NCBI GenBank assembly: GCA_963717205.1
Contig: CAVQVP010000005.1
Span: 36,261 to 100,260, forward strand
Direction of reading: 5' to 3'
Length of the DNA stretch: 64,000 nucleotides
Source: an uncultured Acidobacteriota bacterium
GTDB taxonomy: Bacteria > Acidobacteriota > Terriglobia > Terriglobales > Acidobacteriaceae
Below are positions 35,161 to 44,536 of the stretch, piece by piece. The number at the start of each line of letters is the position of its first letter. The stretch's first letter is position 1. The notes beneath the pieces were generated by a model. The model was given only the letters and a program-made list of their open reading frames with translations. It was not told the DNA's origin and ran no database searches. Both the position numbers and the translations under genes were made by a program.

Positions 35161-38142
35161 GTGACCACGAAAACCAATATGGTGCGCGGAGCGCTCTCTC
35201 TGTTCCGGCTGGCGAAAGCCTTTGCGACGCTGTTTTTTTTCGTGGGAGTCTCCTGCGCCGGCGAGCCGAGGTTTATTGCAGGCTCAAGTTATTTCAACTC
35301 TGGAACTATGGGTCAACCCATTACTTGGTCATTAGGTCAGGTTAACTACTACACCGATCAAGGGGATCTCAGCCCCATTCTGCCCAACTCGGCTGCTAAT
35401 GCGTTTGTCACCAGCGCCTTCAATGTATGGACCTCCGTTTCCAACGCGGCGCTCACGGCGACCAGCGCCGGTAAACTCGCCGAAGACGTTAACGGTAGCA
35501 ACATTGCCGCCGATTCGGGCGGAACGGTCACCGCCCCCGCCGACATCACAGCTGCTGCCACGCAAAACCCAGTGGGCATCGTTTACGACTACGACGGCTC
35601 GGTCACGGATGCTTTGCTTGGCACCGGCGCAGGCGATCCGTCGCAGTGCTTCTCGAATGCCGTCTTCGGAGGTGCGGACAACTTCGGTGCAGGAGCAAAT
35701 TTTCTCCATGCCCTGGTAGTTATCAACGGCCAGTGCGCTTTACAGTCGTCGCAGCTGCCTGACCTCGAATACCGCCTGGTGCGCGTGCTGGGCAGCGTGC
35801 TTGGTCTGGACTGGTCGCAGTTGAACCTGAATGTAATCACCGGCAATCCGACGCCGACGCCGGATGACTTCGCAGGATTTCCCGTCATGCATTACATGGA
35901 CTTGTCCAGTTGCGTGCCGATAACTGTCTGCTACCCTAACCCGTACCAGCTTTCTTCCGATGACGTGGCGGCGCTCTCGCGGCTGTATCCTGGCAGCACG
36001 TCAAGCAACGCCCGCATTCACGGCTCGGTTTACTTCGTCGATCATCTCGGCGGACTGGGCCAACCTATGCAGGGTGTGAACGTGTTCGCGCGTTGGATTG
36101 ATCCTTCCACCGGGCTGCCTTCGCATAAGTATGCCGCGTCGTCCGTCTCCGGATTCCTGTTCACCGGCGATGCTGGCAATCCCATCACCGGCTTGGACGA
36201 TCCCTTGGGCAATGCTTACTCCGAGTTCGGCTCATCGGACCAGACTTTGGAAGGCTTCTTTGATCTGGGTGGATTACCGATCCCAAATGGCGCTGGGACC
36301 GCACAATACCAGCTCGCAGTTGAAGCTCTTGATCCATTGTGGTCCGCCGGCGTGGGTCCCTATAACCCATCGCAAGTTGCACCATCCGGAACTATGGAGC
36401 CCATAGTGGTGACGGTGAGTGCGGGCGGCGACTTTGAGCAGGACATTGTGATGTCCGGCAGCGCGCAGGCCGTGCCTTCGTGGGCTGCTAGCGAGACCTG
36501 GAGCGCTCCCGCACCGATTCCCTCCCCCGGTGATTGGATTGGCTCGTTGAGCGGCTACGGCGATGCCGGATACTTCGTCATTACCGCTCAGACCAATCGC
36601 ACTGTTTCGGTGGCCGTCACAGCGTTGGATAACACCGGCGTCCCGAGTGAGTCGAAGGCTGCTCCCGTGGTTGGCATCTGGACGCTGGGCGATGCCCAGG
36701 GTATTCCCCCGCCGTCTTTCACAACGGCTCCGTTTAACTCGGAGACATTCGGCATGAGCCTTCTCAGCGCGCAGATCCTCAGTTCGAATCGCTTTATCAT
36801 TGGTATCTCGGATCTCCGGGGTGACGGGCGCCCCGATTATCACTACCACGCGCACGTACTTTACGGAGACTCTGTGACGCCAGCGCGCGTCTCGGTGATG
36901 GGCGGCACAGTCACTTTGCAGGGCACGGGCTTTGCGCCCGGCCTCAAGGTGTCTGTCGGAAACATCACCGTGCCGCTGATGGCAACGAATGCCGGCCAGA
37001 TTCTGGCGGCGGTTCCCGCCCAAAGTGACGGGCCACAAACCATCACCATCAACGATCCGGTTTCCGGAGCATTCTCCATCATGACGGATGCGCTCACCGT
37101 CGGGGCCGCAGCCACCGACAAGATCGTTTTATTGCAGGGAGCAAATCCTTCTACGCAGGTCGGAACCCAGGCGGTTAATCCGTTGATTGTGCGCGTGGTC
37201 GCTGCCGATATGATCACTCCGGTGAATGGGGCCACGGTGGCATGGAGTACCACGAACGGCGCGACGCTCTCCACTTGCAACGGAGCGTCCAATTGCTCGG
37301 CAGTGACCAACGAAAGCGGGTTAGCCTCGTCTTGGGTGACACCGACGGTTGCTGGAAATGCCAGCATTGCGGCGGAGGTCGCGCCTGCCGTTTACAATCC
37401 CGCACAAACTGTAGTTGCCACGATAACGACCTCACCGCCGTTACCAACCAACATCGCAGTCACAACGCCATATCTCTCGATCGCGCAGGGGGCTTCGCTC
37501 ACCGTGCCGCTCACCGCTCAAGTGGTGAACCAGAGCGGCGCTCCTCTGACCGGCGTAACCGTGAATTTTTTCCTCGGCTCGGCATCCTCGCCCTTCGCCA
37601 GCGCGGTGACCGGCGGCAATGGTTACGCAACCGTCACTCTCGCGCTCACCAACTTCGCCACCGAAATCACAGTGAGCGCCTGCGTTGGCCAGGCAAATAA
37701 CCCCTGCCAAAATATCAATGTGTACGCTGTGTCGCAAGCGCAGCTTAACTTACAGCCGGTAGCTGGGGTGGGCCAGATTGTCACGGGGTCGGCGTTTCAG
37801 CCTCTGATAGTGCGCGTGACCGACTCTTCCCCAGTGCCCAATCCTGTACTCGCTGCGAGCGTCTTGTTCCAGTCAACCGTGCTACGTCCGGTTGGGAAGG
37901 ACCCAATTCCGCAACCGAGTACCTCGTCCGCCACACAAACAGCAATGCCAATCATTCTAGGTTCGACCCAGGTAAGTGTGCAGAGCGACGGCAATGGTTT
38001 GGCGAGTTTTGTTCCATCATCAGGAGCGTTCACCGGACCGCTGGAGATTGAGATTCAAGTCTCGGCAGGAACCACAGCTGCGCTGCAGGATGTGATGGAG
38101 ACCTTTCCCGAGAGTAGCATCGGGAACACCACCCTCCACTAG
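35161..38142 (+). CDS. Large secreted protein: degenerate matrixin-like domain, IPT/TIG and Big_1-type Ig-like domains
   Basis: IPT-like VSVMGGTVTLQGTGFAPGLKVSVGNITVPL. Big_1-like GTQAVNPLIVRVVAADMITPVNGATVAW. LVRVLGSVLGLDWS...PVMHY aligns to the matrixin HExxHxxGxxH...Met-turn with all zinc ligands replaced. Confidence 0.8.
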   Translation: MTTKTNMVRGALSLFRLAKAFATLFFFVGVSCAGEPRFIAGSSYFNSGTMGQPITWSLGQVNYYTDQGDLSPILPNSAANAFVTSAFNVWTSVSNAALTATSAGKLAEDVNGSNIAADSGGTVTAPADITAAATQNPVGIVYDYDGSVTDALLGTGAGDPSQCFSNAVFGGADNFGAGANFLHALVVINGQCALQSSQLPDLEYRLVRVLGSVLGLDWSQLNLNVITGNPTPTPDDFAGFPVMHYMDLSSCVPITVCYPNPYQLSSDDVAALSRLYPGSTSSNARIHGSVYFVDHLGGLGQPMQGVNVFARWIDPSTGLPSHKYAASSVSGFLFTGDAGNPITGLDDPLGNAYSEFGSSDQTLEGFFDLGGLPIPNGAGTAQYQLAVEALDPLWSAGVGPYNPSQVAPSGTMEPIVVTVSAGGDFEQDIVMSGSAQAVPSWAASETWSAPAPIPSPGDWIGSLSGYGDAGYFVITAQTNRTVSVAVTALDNTGVPSESKAAPVVGIWTLGDAQGIPPPSFTTAPFNSETFGMSLLSAQILSSNRFIIGISDLRGDGRPDYHYHAHVLYGDSVTPARVSVMGGTVTLQGTGFAPGLKVSVGNITVPLMATNAGQILAAVPAQSDGPQTITINDPVSGAFSIMTDALTVGAAATDKIVLLQGANPSTQVGTQAVNPLIVRVVAADMITPVNGATVAWSTTNGATLSTCNGASNCSAVTNESGLASSWVTPTVAGNASIAAEVAPAVYNPAQTVVATITTSPPLPTNIAVTTPYLSIAQGASLTVPLTAQVVNQSGAPLTGVTVNFFLGSASSPFASAVTGGNGYATVTLALTNFATEITVSACVGQANNPCQNINVYAVSQAQLNLQPVAGVGQIVTGSAFQPLIVRVTDSSPVPNPVLAASVLFQSTVLRPVGKDPIPQPSTSSATQTAMPIILGSTQVSVQSDGNGLASFVPSSGAFTGPLEIEIQVSAGTTAALQDVMETFPESSIGNTTLH

Positions 38143-38188
38143 CCTGTGGCATAGAAGTGCTCTTCGTACAAAGTGGTCCGACTCCAGC

Positions 38189-40411
38189 TCACTTCTTTGT
38201 CCACTGATCCACCCACTCGTTCACTGTTTTGTACCAGAGCTGCGAATTCTGCGGCTTCAGAACCCAATGGCCTTCGTCGGGGAAATACAGCATCTTCGAC
38301 GGAACGCCTTCCATCTGCAGTGTAGTAAAAAGCTGCAAGCCTTCACTCACGTCGAGGCGGTAGTCGCGCTGGCCGTGGATTACCAGCGTCGGCGTCTTGA
38401 AATTCGTGGCGTACTCGTGCGGCGACCATTTCTGATACATCGCGCGATTGTCCCAGGGAGTGCCTTTGAACTCCCAGTCGTTGAACCAGAGTTCCTCGGT
38501 GGTGCCCCAGGCGGATTCGGCGTTGAACATGCCGTCATGCGACACCAGGCATTTGAAGCGGTCGGTGTGGCCGAGGATCCAGTTGATGGCATATCCGCCA
38601 TAGCTGGCGCCCAGCGCGCACTCCCGGTCTTTATCAATAAACGGGTAAGTCTTCTCGGCGTAGTCGAGGCCCTTCATCAAATCTTCAAACGGAGCGCCGC
38701 CCCAGTCGCCGTTGATGGCATCGATGAACTTCTGCCCGTATCCGGTCGAGCCGTGGAAGTTGATCATGATCACGACGTAGCCTGGGCCTGATGAAGTTGG
38801 TGCGGCGAAGAGTTCGGGATTCCAGCGGTAGCTCCAGTCGTCTCCCCAGGCGCCCTGCGGCCCGCCGTGGATGAGGAACTTCACGGGATATTTCTTGCTG
38901 GCATCGAAGTCCGGCGGCTTGACCAGGAAGCCTTCGACCTTGTCGCCGTGAGCGCCGGTAAACCAGAAAGACTCGAGCGGGGACATGGCTATCTTGGAGA
39001 GAGTAGTTTCGTTCACCTGCGTGATTGGCAGACTTACGCCGCTCTTCTTGATCTCACTCTGGGGGATGTTCGATCTGACCGAGCTTACGAGGTCCGCCAT
39101 GCTGAGAGGGGGTAATGGAGCGGCGAATATCTCATTCGGGAGCGCGATTGACATTCGGGTGAAGAGGAGCGTTTTCCCGTCGGGAGTGACAGCGAGATCG
39201 TCGTTGAAGCCCCTAAACAGCTCGTTAACATGCACATCCGTGTGGTGAATTGCAATATCGTACCCGGGCTCGCTATCAACCTTGCTGGTAAACTCCACCG
39301 AGTAGACGGGCGCTTCACCTTTATCTTCAGCCGCAAGATACAGGCGTGAAGAGTCGGCCGCCCAAGTAAATGTCCCCACCCAACGATCAAAGGCGGTCAG
39401 GGTCAGGTCGATTCGTTTGCCATTCTTGCGGTCGTACAGCATCAAGCGAAAGCGGTCGCTCTCGTATCCCGGACGCTGCTGGGCGCGATAGGCGATGTAG
39501 CGGCCATCGGGAGAATAGAGCGGCGTCGAGTCGCTGGCGGGATTGTCGGCGGTGATGTTTTTGGCCGCCCCTCCGCTGACCGGGACGATCCAGAGATCGT
39601 TGTTGGTGGAAGCAGCCGGATTCTTGTCGTGATTCGAGGTGTAGCAAATCTCCTTCCCGTCGGGCGAGAAAGCGTAGTCGTCCTGCCCACCGAGCGAGAA
39701 CACGGGCGCATCGTAGTCGCCAGGCGTGAGATCGCGGGGAATCCCTCTAAGCTGGTCGTAGGCGTTCGTGCCAGTTTCAATCATAGCGCTCACAACAAAG
39801 AAGTGAGTTCGCTTGCCTTCCTTGTAGGCATTCCAATGCCGATACAGAAGGTGAGTAAAAATTTGCGCCTTGACCTTCGAGTGCTCCACTTCCTTCAACT
39901 TATTTTCATCACAGGATTGCTCATCAGATGGCCGTCCGTCACACTCGGGATAGACATCTGACGTAAACAAAATGTTCTTCCCATCCGGCGACCACAGTTC
40001 GCCGCCGGCTTCAGTCACAATCGAAGTCAGCTTGTGCGTGCTGGTGACCGTTCCAGCAGAGCCATCGAAATCTGCGATCCACACCTGCGATCCGCCTTCT
40101 TTTGTCGAGATGAACGCGAAGCGCTTCCCCTCTGGCGCCCAGCGCGGCCGGTCGGCGTCCTGATCCGAAATGATCTCTTTCTCCTGACCACCCGCCGTGG
40201 GCACGATCCAGACGTGCGGCGTCTTGGTGTTCGCCGCCAGATCCACATCGACCACGCTGAAGATCACCCACTTGCCGTCCGGCGAAACCTCAGGCTCGCC
40301 CACGCGCTTGAGTTTCATCATGTCTTCGAAGGTGAAGGGATGCTTGGCTTGGGCGACGGCGGGGAATGCGAAAGTGAGGAAGGCTAGAGCGGCAAGAAAA
40401 AAACGGCGCAT
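38189..40411 (-). CDS. S9-family serine peptidase (prolyl oligopeptidase/dipeptidyl-peptidase type) with N-terminal beta-propeller
   Basis: GASYGGY nucleophile elbow, HGQRDYRL (Asp), DEGHW (His). Signal peptide. 740 aa. Confidence 0.9.
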   Translation of the reverse strand: MRRFFLAALAFLTFAFPAVAQAKHPFTFEDMMKLKRVGEPEVSPDGKWVIFSVVDVDLAANTKTPHVWIVPTAGGQEKEIISDQDADRPRWAPEGKRFAFISTKEGGSQVWIADFDGSAGTVTSTHKLTSIVTEAGGELWSPDGKNILFTSDVYPECDGRPSDEQSCDENKLKEVEHSKVKAQIFTHLLYRHWNAYKEGKRTHFFVVSAMIETGTNAYDQLRGIPRDLTPGDYDAPVFSLGGQDDYAFSPDGKEICYTSNHDKNPAASTNNDLWIVPVSGGAAKNITADNPASDSTPLYSPDGRYIAYRAQQRPGYESDRFRLMLYDRKNGKRIDLTLTAFDRWVGTFTWAADSSRLYLAAEDKGEAPVYSVEFTSKVDSEPGYDIAIHHTDVHVNELFRGFNDDLAVTPDGKTLLFTRMSIALPNEIFAAPLPPLSMADLVSSVRSNIPQSEIKKSGVSLPITQVNETTLSKIAMSPLESFWFTGAHGDKVEGFLVKPPDFDASKKYPVKFLIHGGPQGAWGDDWSYRWNPELFAAPTSSGPGYVVIMINFHGSTGYGQKFIDAINGDWGGAPFEDLMKGLDYAEKTYPFIDKDRECALGASYGGYAINWILGHTDRFKCLVSHDGMFNAESAWGTTEELWFNDWEFKGTPWDNRAMYQKWSPHEYATNFKTPTLVIHGQRDYRLDVSEGLQLFTTLQMEGVPSKMLYFPDEGHWVLKPQNSQLWYKTVNEWVDQWTKK

Positions 40412-40535
40412 GAGATCGATCTCCTCGGCAAACGGATGAGTGTAGCAAAGACGGCTACTGGCTACTAGCTTTTAGCGTCAGTTCCTAGCCTGAGGCGCGA
40501 TGGCGAGTCGGGGAGTATCGTCACTCCACAAGACA

Positions 40536-40575
40536 GCAGGTTCCTCCGTCGCTTCGCTCCGGTCGGAATGACAAG
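40536..40575 (+). repeat. REP-like element family A, copy 2
   Basis: GCAGGTTCCTCCGTCGCTTCGCTCCGGTCGGAATGACAAG. Confidence 0.75.
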
Positions 40576-40803
40576 ATTTAGTGAGCATAGGCCTGCCCTC
40601 AAACGGCCGAGGTCAGCTTTTATCCACGGCAACCCCTTCACTGAAAAGGCATCCTACTATGCGGCAGAACTGCAGCGCCCTCCTCCCGGCCTCACTGAGC
40701 GGAGAGGGGTCGGGGGAGGGTTGCCGCGGTCGGGTATTTGCCGTAGGCATTAAACAGCCTTTCCTTCCCGTTTTCACTCGAAACCCCAGTTATTCGATAA
40801 AAT

Positions 40804-41691
40804 ATGGTTATGAAACGCCCGCTTCGCATTTTCATGCATTTTGCCGTCGTCGTCAGTTGTCTGCTCCCAGCCTTGCCCATCCTGGCCCAAGAGGGTGCGC
40901 TGGAAAATACTCCGCCGAAGGGCGTCACGCCCGATGAAATCATCCAGCGCTTCGCCGCGAAGGAAAAGGAATTCAAAGCGGCGCGCGATCAATATACATA
41001 CAGGCAGGACATCACGGTAAAGACCTTGGACGGCAGCACCACAACGGGCGAATATCACGAAGTGTTCGATGTGCTATTTGACGACAAAGGCCGGCGGCTG
41101 GAGAACGTCGTATTCGCGCCGCAGTCGAGTCTGGAACAGGGCGGACTCTCGCTGGATGAGGGTGATGTCCAGGACTTTCGCAACAAGCTGCCCTTCGTGC
41201 TTACCAGCGACGAAATTCCGGAATACAACATTATTTATGTCGGACAGCAAACGGAAGACGAATTGCATTGCTATGTCTTTGACATCGCTCCGAAGCAGAT
41301 CGTGGGCAAGAAGCGTTATTTCCAAGGACGAATCTGGGTGGACGATAACGATTTCCAAATCGTAAAGACTTATGGGCAAGCCGTGCCGGAAATTCGCGAT
41401 ACGAAGAAGAAGGGCAATAAGACTGAACATCTCTACCCAAAGTTCACCACTTGGCGGCAGCAAATCGACGGCAAATATTGGTTTCCGGTTTACACGCGCG
41501 CCGATGACACGCTGCACTTCAACCTGAACGACATTCATATTCGCGAGATCGTGAAGTATGTTGATTACAAACGCTTTGGATCGAGCGTGAAGATTCTGTA
41601 TCAGGGCCAGGAGATTCCGAAGGCGGATCAGAAGGATCAGAAGACACCGGATCAGAAGAAGCCGGACCCGCCGCAAACGCCGCAGAAGTAA
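40804..41691 (+). CDS. Secreted LolA-like / outer-membrane lipoprotein-sorting-like protein
   Basis: Signal peptide. KRYFQGRIWVDDNDFQIVKTYG resembles the LolA_like family (from memory). K/P/Q-rich tail. Confidence 0.6.
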   Translation: MVMKRPLRIFMHFAVVVSCLLPALPILAQEGALENTPPKGVTPDEIIQRFAAKEKEFKAARDQYTYRQDITVKTLDGSTTTGEYHEVFDVLFDDKGRRLENVVFAPQSSLEQGGLSLDEGDVQDFRNKLPFVLTSDEIPEYNIIYVGQQTEDELHCYVFDIAPKQIVGKKRYFQGRIWVDDNDFQIVKTYGQAVPEIRDTKKKGNKTEHLYPKFTTWRQQIDGKYWFPVYTRADDTLHFNLNDIHIREIVKYVDYKRFGSSVKILYQGQEIPKADQKDQKTPDQKKPDPPQTPQK

Positions 41692-41697
41692 TGTTGC

Positions 41698-41721
41698 AAG
41701 GTTTCAGAGTTTCAAGGTTTC
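41698..41721. repeat. GGTTTCAAGG-word arm flanking the four-helix-bundle gene
   Basis: CAGAGTTTCAAGGTTTC (41705-41721) is the exact reverse complement of 42166-42182 and 42315-42331. It overlaps the stop and last codons of the gene. Confidence 0.8.
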
Positions 41722-42092
41722 GACCCCGGCTGGACTCGGCCTTTGCGCAAGGACTCGATCAGACGGTTTAGCAGGCCGAGGACTTGATAGGTGTCACGAT
41801 CAAGGTCGTATTGATCCTGCTTGAGGTAGCACAGATCCAGCGCGATGGCCAGTTGAGTGTCGAGTTCTAACAGAGAACCCCGCGCCTGCCCCAGGAAGTG
41901 CAAGAATTCGCCGCAGGTCAATCTGCCCTGGCCCTCCGCTATATTTGACGGCACTGAAACTACGGCTCTTCTAATCTGGGATGTGAGCCCGTAGGTTTCT
42001 GCCTTGGGAAATTGCTCCTTCGCCCGATAAATCTGGACAGCCAAGGCTTTAGCTTTTTGCCAGACGAGGAGGTCACGGTAAGAGCGAGCCAC
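41712..42092 (-). CDS. Four-helix-bundle protein (23S rRNA IVS protein / TIGR02436, Avd-like)
   Basis: YRDLLVWQKAKALAVQIY...GLTSQIRRAVVSVPSNIAEGQ...ARGSLLELDTQ. GTG start. Confidence 0.85.
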   Translation of the reverse strand: MARSYRDLLVWQKAKALAVQIYRAKEQFPKAETYGLTSQIRRAVVSVPSNIAEGQGRLTCGEFLHFLGQARGSLLELDTQLAIALDLCYLKQDQYDLDRDTYQVLGLLNRLIESLRKGRVQPGSKP

Positions 42093-42352
42093 AACTAAGT
42101 CTAGGTTTCAAGGCGCCAAAGCTTCAATGTTTCAAGGCAAAAACGGATCGGCTTGGTCCCATTTTGAAACCTTGAAACTCTGATGCCTTGAAACCTTAGT
42201 AGAACTAAGTCGAGGTTTCAAGGCGCGCTAAGGTTTGGTAGTGTCCCACTATTAGGACACTACCTATGGTTGCTAGGTTTTAAGGCAAAGACGGACTGGG
42301 CTTGGTTCCACTTTGAAACCTTGAAACTCTGATGCCTTGAAACCTTAGTAGA
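42093..42352. repeat. Two tandem copies (110 and 150 bp) of a palindromic GGTTTCAAGG-word element
   Basis: Both units begin AACTAAGTC.AGGTTTCAAGGCGC and end TTTGAAACCTTGAAACTCTGATGCCTTGAAACCTTAGTAG. Unit 2 carries an extra nested palindrome, GGTAGTGTCC-cactatta-GGACACTACC. The right end of each unit contains the stop and last codons of the HNH gene. Confidence 0.85.
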
Positions 42353-42953
42353 ACAAATACTTCCGCCACTTATCGTCTGATCTTCCCATGAGGCGCATGA
42401 TGTGGCGGCTGGTGTGGAGGTTGAAAGCGCGCGGCTCGCGCATCAGCTTCATCCCGGCTTCGAGCGGAAATTGGTTGCCCTTGCGGCGATTGCAGGTGTG
42501 GCAGCAAGCTACAAGGTTCTCCCAAGTGGACGAGCCTCCGCGGGAGCGGGGGACCACGTGATCGAGTGTCAACTCACTCGACGAGAGTACAGTGGCGCAA
42601 TACTGGCAGGTGTTGCGGTCGCGCAACAGAATATTCTTCCGCGACAAAGCCCGGCTCTGATGCGGGATGCGGCGGTATTCCAGCAGGCGGATCACTGAGG
42701 GCACGCGTATCGCGATGCGGGCTGCGTGCAGAAAGTGCCCATTCTCTTCCTCGGTCATAGCCACGCCCTTGAGCACAAGAACCAAAGCGCGGCGCGCGGC
42801 GCAAACGTTAATCGGTTCATAAGACGCATTCAGAACCAGCACGGGCGCATGCAATGAATTTCCGTTACTGTCGCGGTGCATCGCCGCCGCCGCAAACAGG
42901 CCCGCGGCGTGTCTGCCTGTTGGCGCTATATCGGATTCCATCCTGCCTGACAT
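42345..42953 (-). CDS. HNH endonuclease
   Basis: [45 protein letters not shown]. Confidence 0.85.
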   Translation of the reverse strand: MSGRMESDIAPTGRHAAGLFAAAAMHRDSNGNSLHAPVLVLNASYEPINVCAARRALVLVLKGVAMTEEENGHFLHAARIAIRVPSVIRLLEYRRIPHQSRALSRKNILLRDRNTCQYCATVLSSSELTLDHVVPRSRGGSSTWENLVACCHTCNRRKGNQFPLEAGMKLMREPRAFNLHTSRHIMRLMGRSDDKWRKYLFY

Positions 42954-42956
42954 ATT

Positions 42957-43883
42957 TTAGATTCCTACCGCCCTAGCCAGTGGAACCGCGTCTACGATTC
43001 CCTCTTCTATCTCTTCACTCCCCGAACCAATCTCGGCGTGCTGCGCCGAAATCTTCAGAGTGCGCGCTACAGTTGCGACCCACACTCTGGTTGCGCCAGC
43101 GCGGCGTAAGACTCGCGCGCATTCTGAAACGGTCGCCCCGGTTGTGTAAACGTCGTCCACCACCAAAACTTCGCGGCCCTTTACGGCCTCAGCTTGCACA
43201 ACTCCGAAAGCACCTCGCAAGTTTTCTCGGCGCTGGTGGCTAGTGAGTCCGGTTTGCGAAATCGTATCCCGTTTTCTCTCGAGCACTCCCGCGCACAAAC
43301 AGTAGCGATCGCGCGACGGAATGGTTTTGATCGCTGCACGCGCGATCATCTCGGCCTGGTTGAAGCCCCGCTGGCGAAGCTTGGTGCGATGCAACGGGAC
43401 TGGAATCAACAACACGGCCTCGGACGGAAGCTCTGGTTCCAGTTTCGCGATCGCTTCCGCCAACATCCGTCCAAGGACGTTTGCAGCCGGGCGCACTCCG
43501 CCATACTTCAGCAAATGGACGAGTTCGCGCAGTCCGCTTTCATAGCTGCCATACGCCGTCGCCCGCACGAACGCCGGCTCGACGCGGCGGCACAATCCGC
43601 ATCGCGGCTCGCCGCCGGAACTGTTCAACGCATAAGGAGAAAAAATCCTCTCGCCGCAAATGGTGCAGATTCCACCAGAGATCGGGCGCATGGCATCCAG
43701 GCATTGCTGGCAAACCGGGAGTCGCGAAATTCTAACCAGCGGTGTATCGCAGATGCGGCAGTTGGAGGGAAATAATACAGCGAAGAGACTTTCGGCAACC
43801 TCGCGGGCCCGAGCCCGGCTAATGCTGCCTGCGCCCATTTCGCTGCGGTCCCCGGTTCGGGAAGCAATAGGAGGCCTTACCAC
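42957..43883 (-). CDS. ComF-family protein (phosphoribosyltransferase domain with N-terminal zinc ribbon)
   Basis: CRICDTPL...CQQC...CTICG...CGLC zinc-ribbon motifs and the PRTase motif VLVVDDVYTTGATV. Confidence 0.85.
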   Translation of the reverse strand: MVRPPIASRTGDRSEMGAGSISRARAREVAESLFAVLFPSNCRICDTPLVRISRLPVCQQCLDAMRPISGGICTICGERIFSPYALNSSGGEPRCGLCRRVEPAFVRATAYGSYESGLRELVHLLKYGGVRPAANVLGRMLAEAIAKLEPELPSEAVLLIPVPLHRTKLRQRGFNQAEMIARAAIKTIPSRDRYCLCAGVLERKRDTISQTGLTSHQRRENLRGAFGVVQAEAVKGREVLVVDDVYTTGATVSECARVLRRAGATRVWVATVARTLKISAQHAEIGSGSEEIEEGIVDAVPLARAVGI

Positions 43884-44023
43884 TGCAGCTTGGGTCTGGC
43901 TAGCCCGAATTCTGTCCTCACTACTGCTGAAGACGGCCTCCGTGTTACCCGCGCGAAATCGCTCTGGGGCGGGCGGAGTTTCTATTGCCCGCTTGTTTAG
44001 CAGTATAACGTCGGCCCACCCCG

Positions 44024-44329
44024 CTAGGCAACGTTACGATCGGGTCGCGGCGCCGTGGTCGGCGCCTTCTTCACCGCTTCAGGCAACCGATCTTTCACCG
44101 GCATAAAGACCAAACGATAGTCTCGCCGGAAACATTCTGCGCAGCGAACTGGCTGCAGAAAAAAAATAGGCAAAAGATATCGTTCGGAAAAGTTGCGGCG
44201 CCGCGAGCGGAAGCCGGTGCCGCTGCCGCAATCCTCGCAACGAAATTCAAGGTATTTCCGGAACCAGAACGGGTCGGAAGAATTTCCTGTCACACTAAAC
44301 CTCCGGTCGAACAAAGAGGTCACAAACAA
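44024..44329 (-). CDS. Hypothetical Cys-rich small protein
   Basis: ORF with CEDCGS...CAEC pairs. No family recognised. Confidence 0.4.
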   Translation of the reverse strand: MFVTSLFDRRFSVTGNSSDPFWFRKYLEFRCEDCGSGTGFRSRRRNFSERYLLPIFFLQPVRCAECFRRDYRLVFMPVKDRLPEAVKKAPTTAPRPDRNVA

Positions 44330-44536
44330 CTGTAGTGATTTTACCCTTAGGGGAAACTCAAGCCAACCTCATAAAGTAGTGCACAGATTGGAACCCGCAT
44401 CGCACTTGTAAAGCAAGGCGTCCGCGTGCTAACGTGCCGCCGTTCCATCTTTCACCGATAGGCGCGGTTCGCGTATAAGCATGTTTCGCCTATCAGTTAG
44501 AGAATCGCGACTTATTCCATTTGCGAGGATTCGCCC

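Noticed and set aside
36274-37367. Minus-strand ORFs antisense to the 993-aa surface-protein gene; similarly 45655-46308 within the OPT gene and 32796-33419 within the YihY gene
   Set aside because: They are embedded in long, coherent plus-strand genes and have no motifs of their own.
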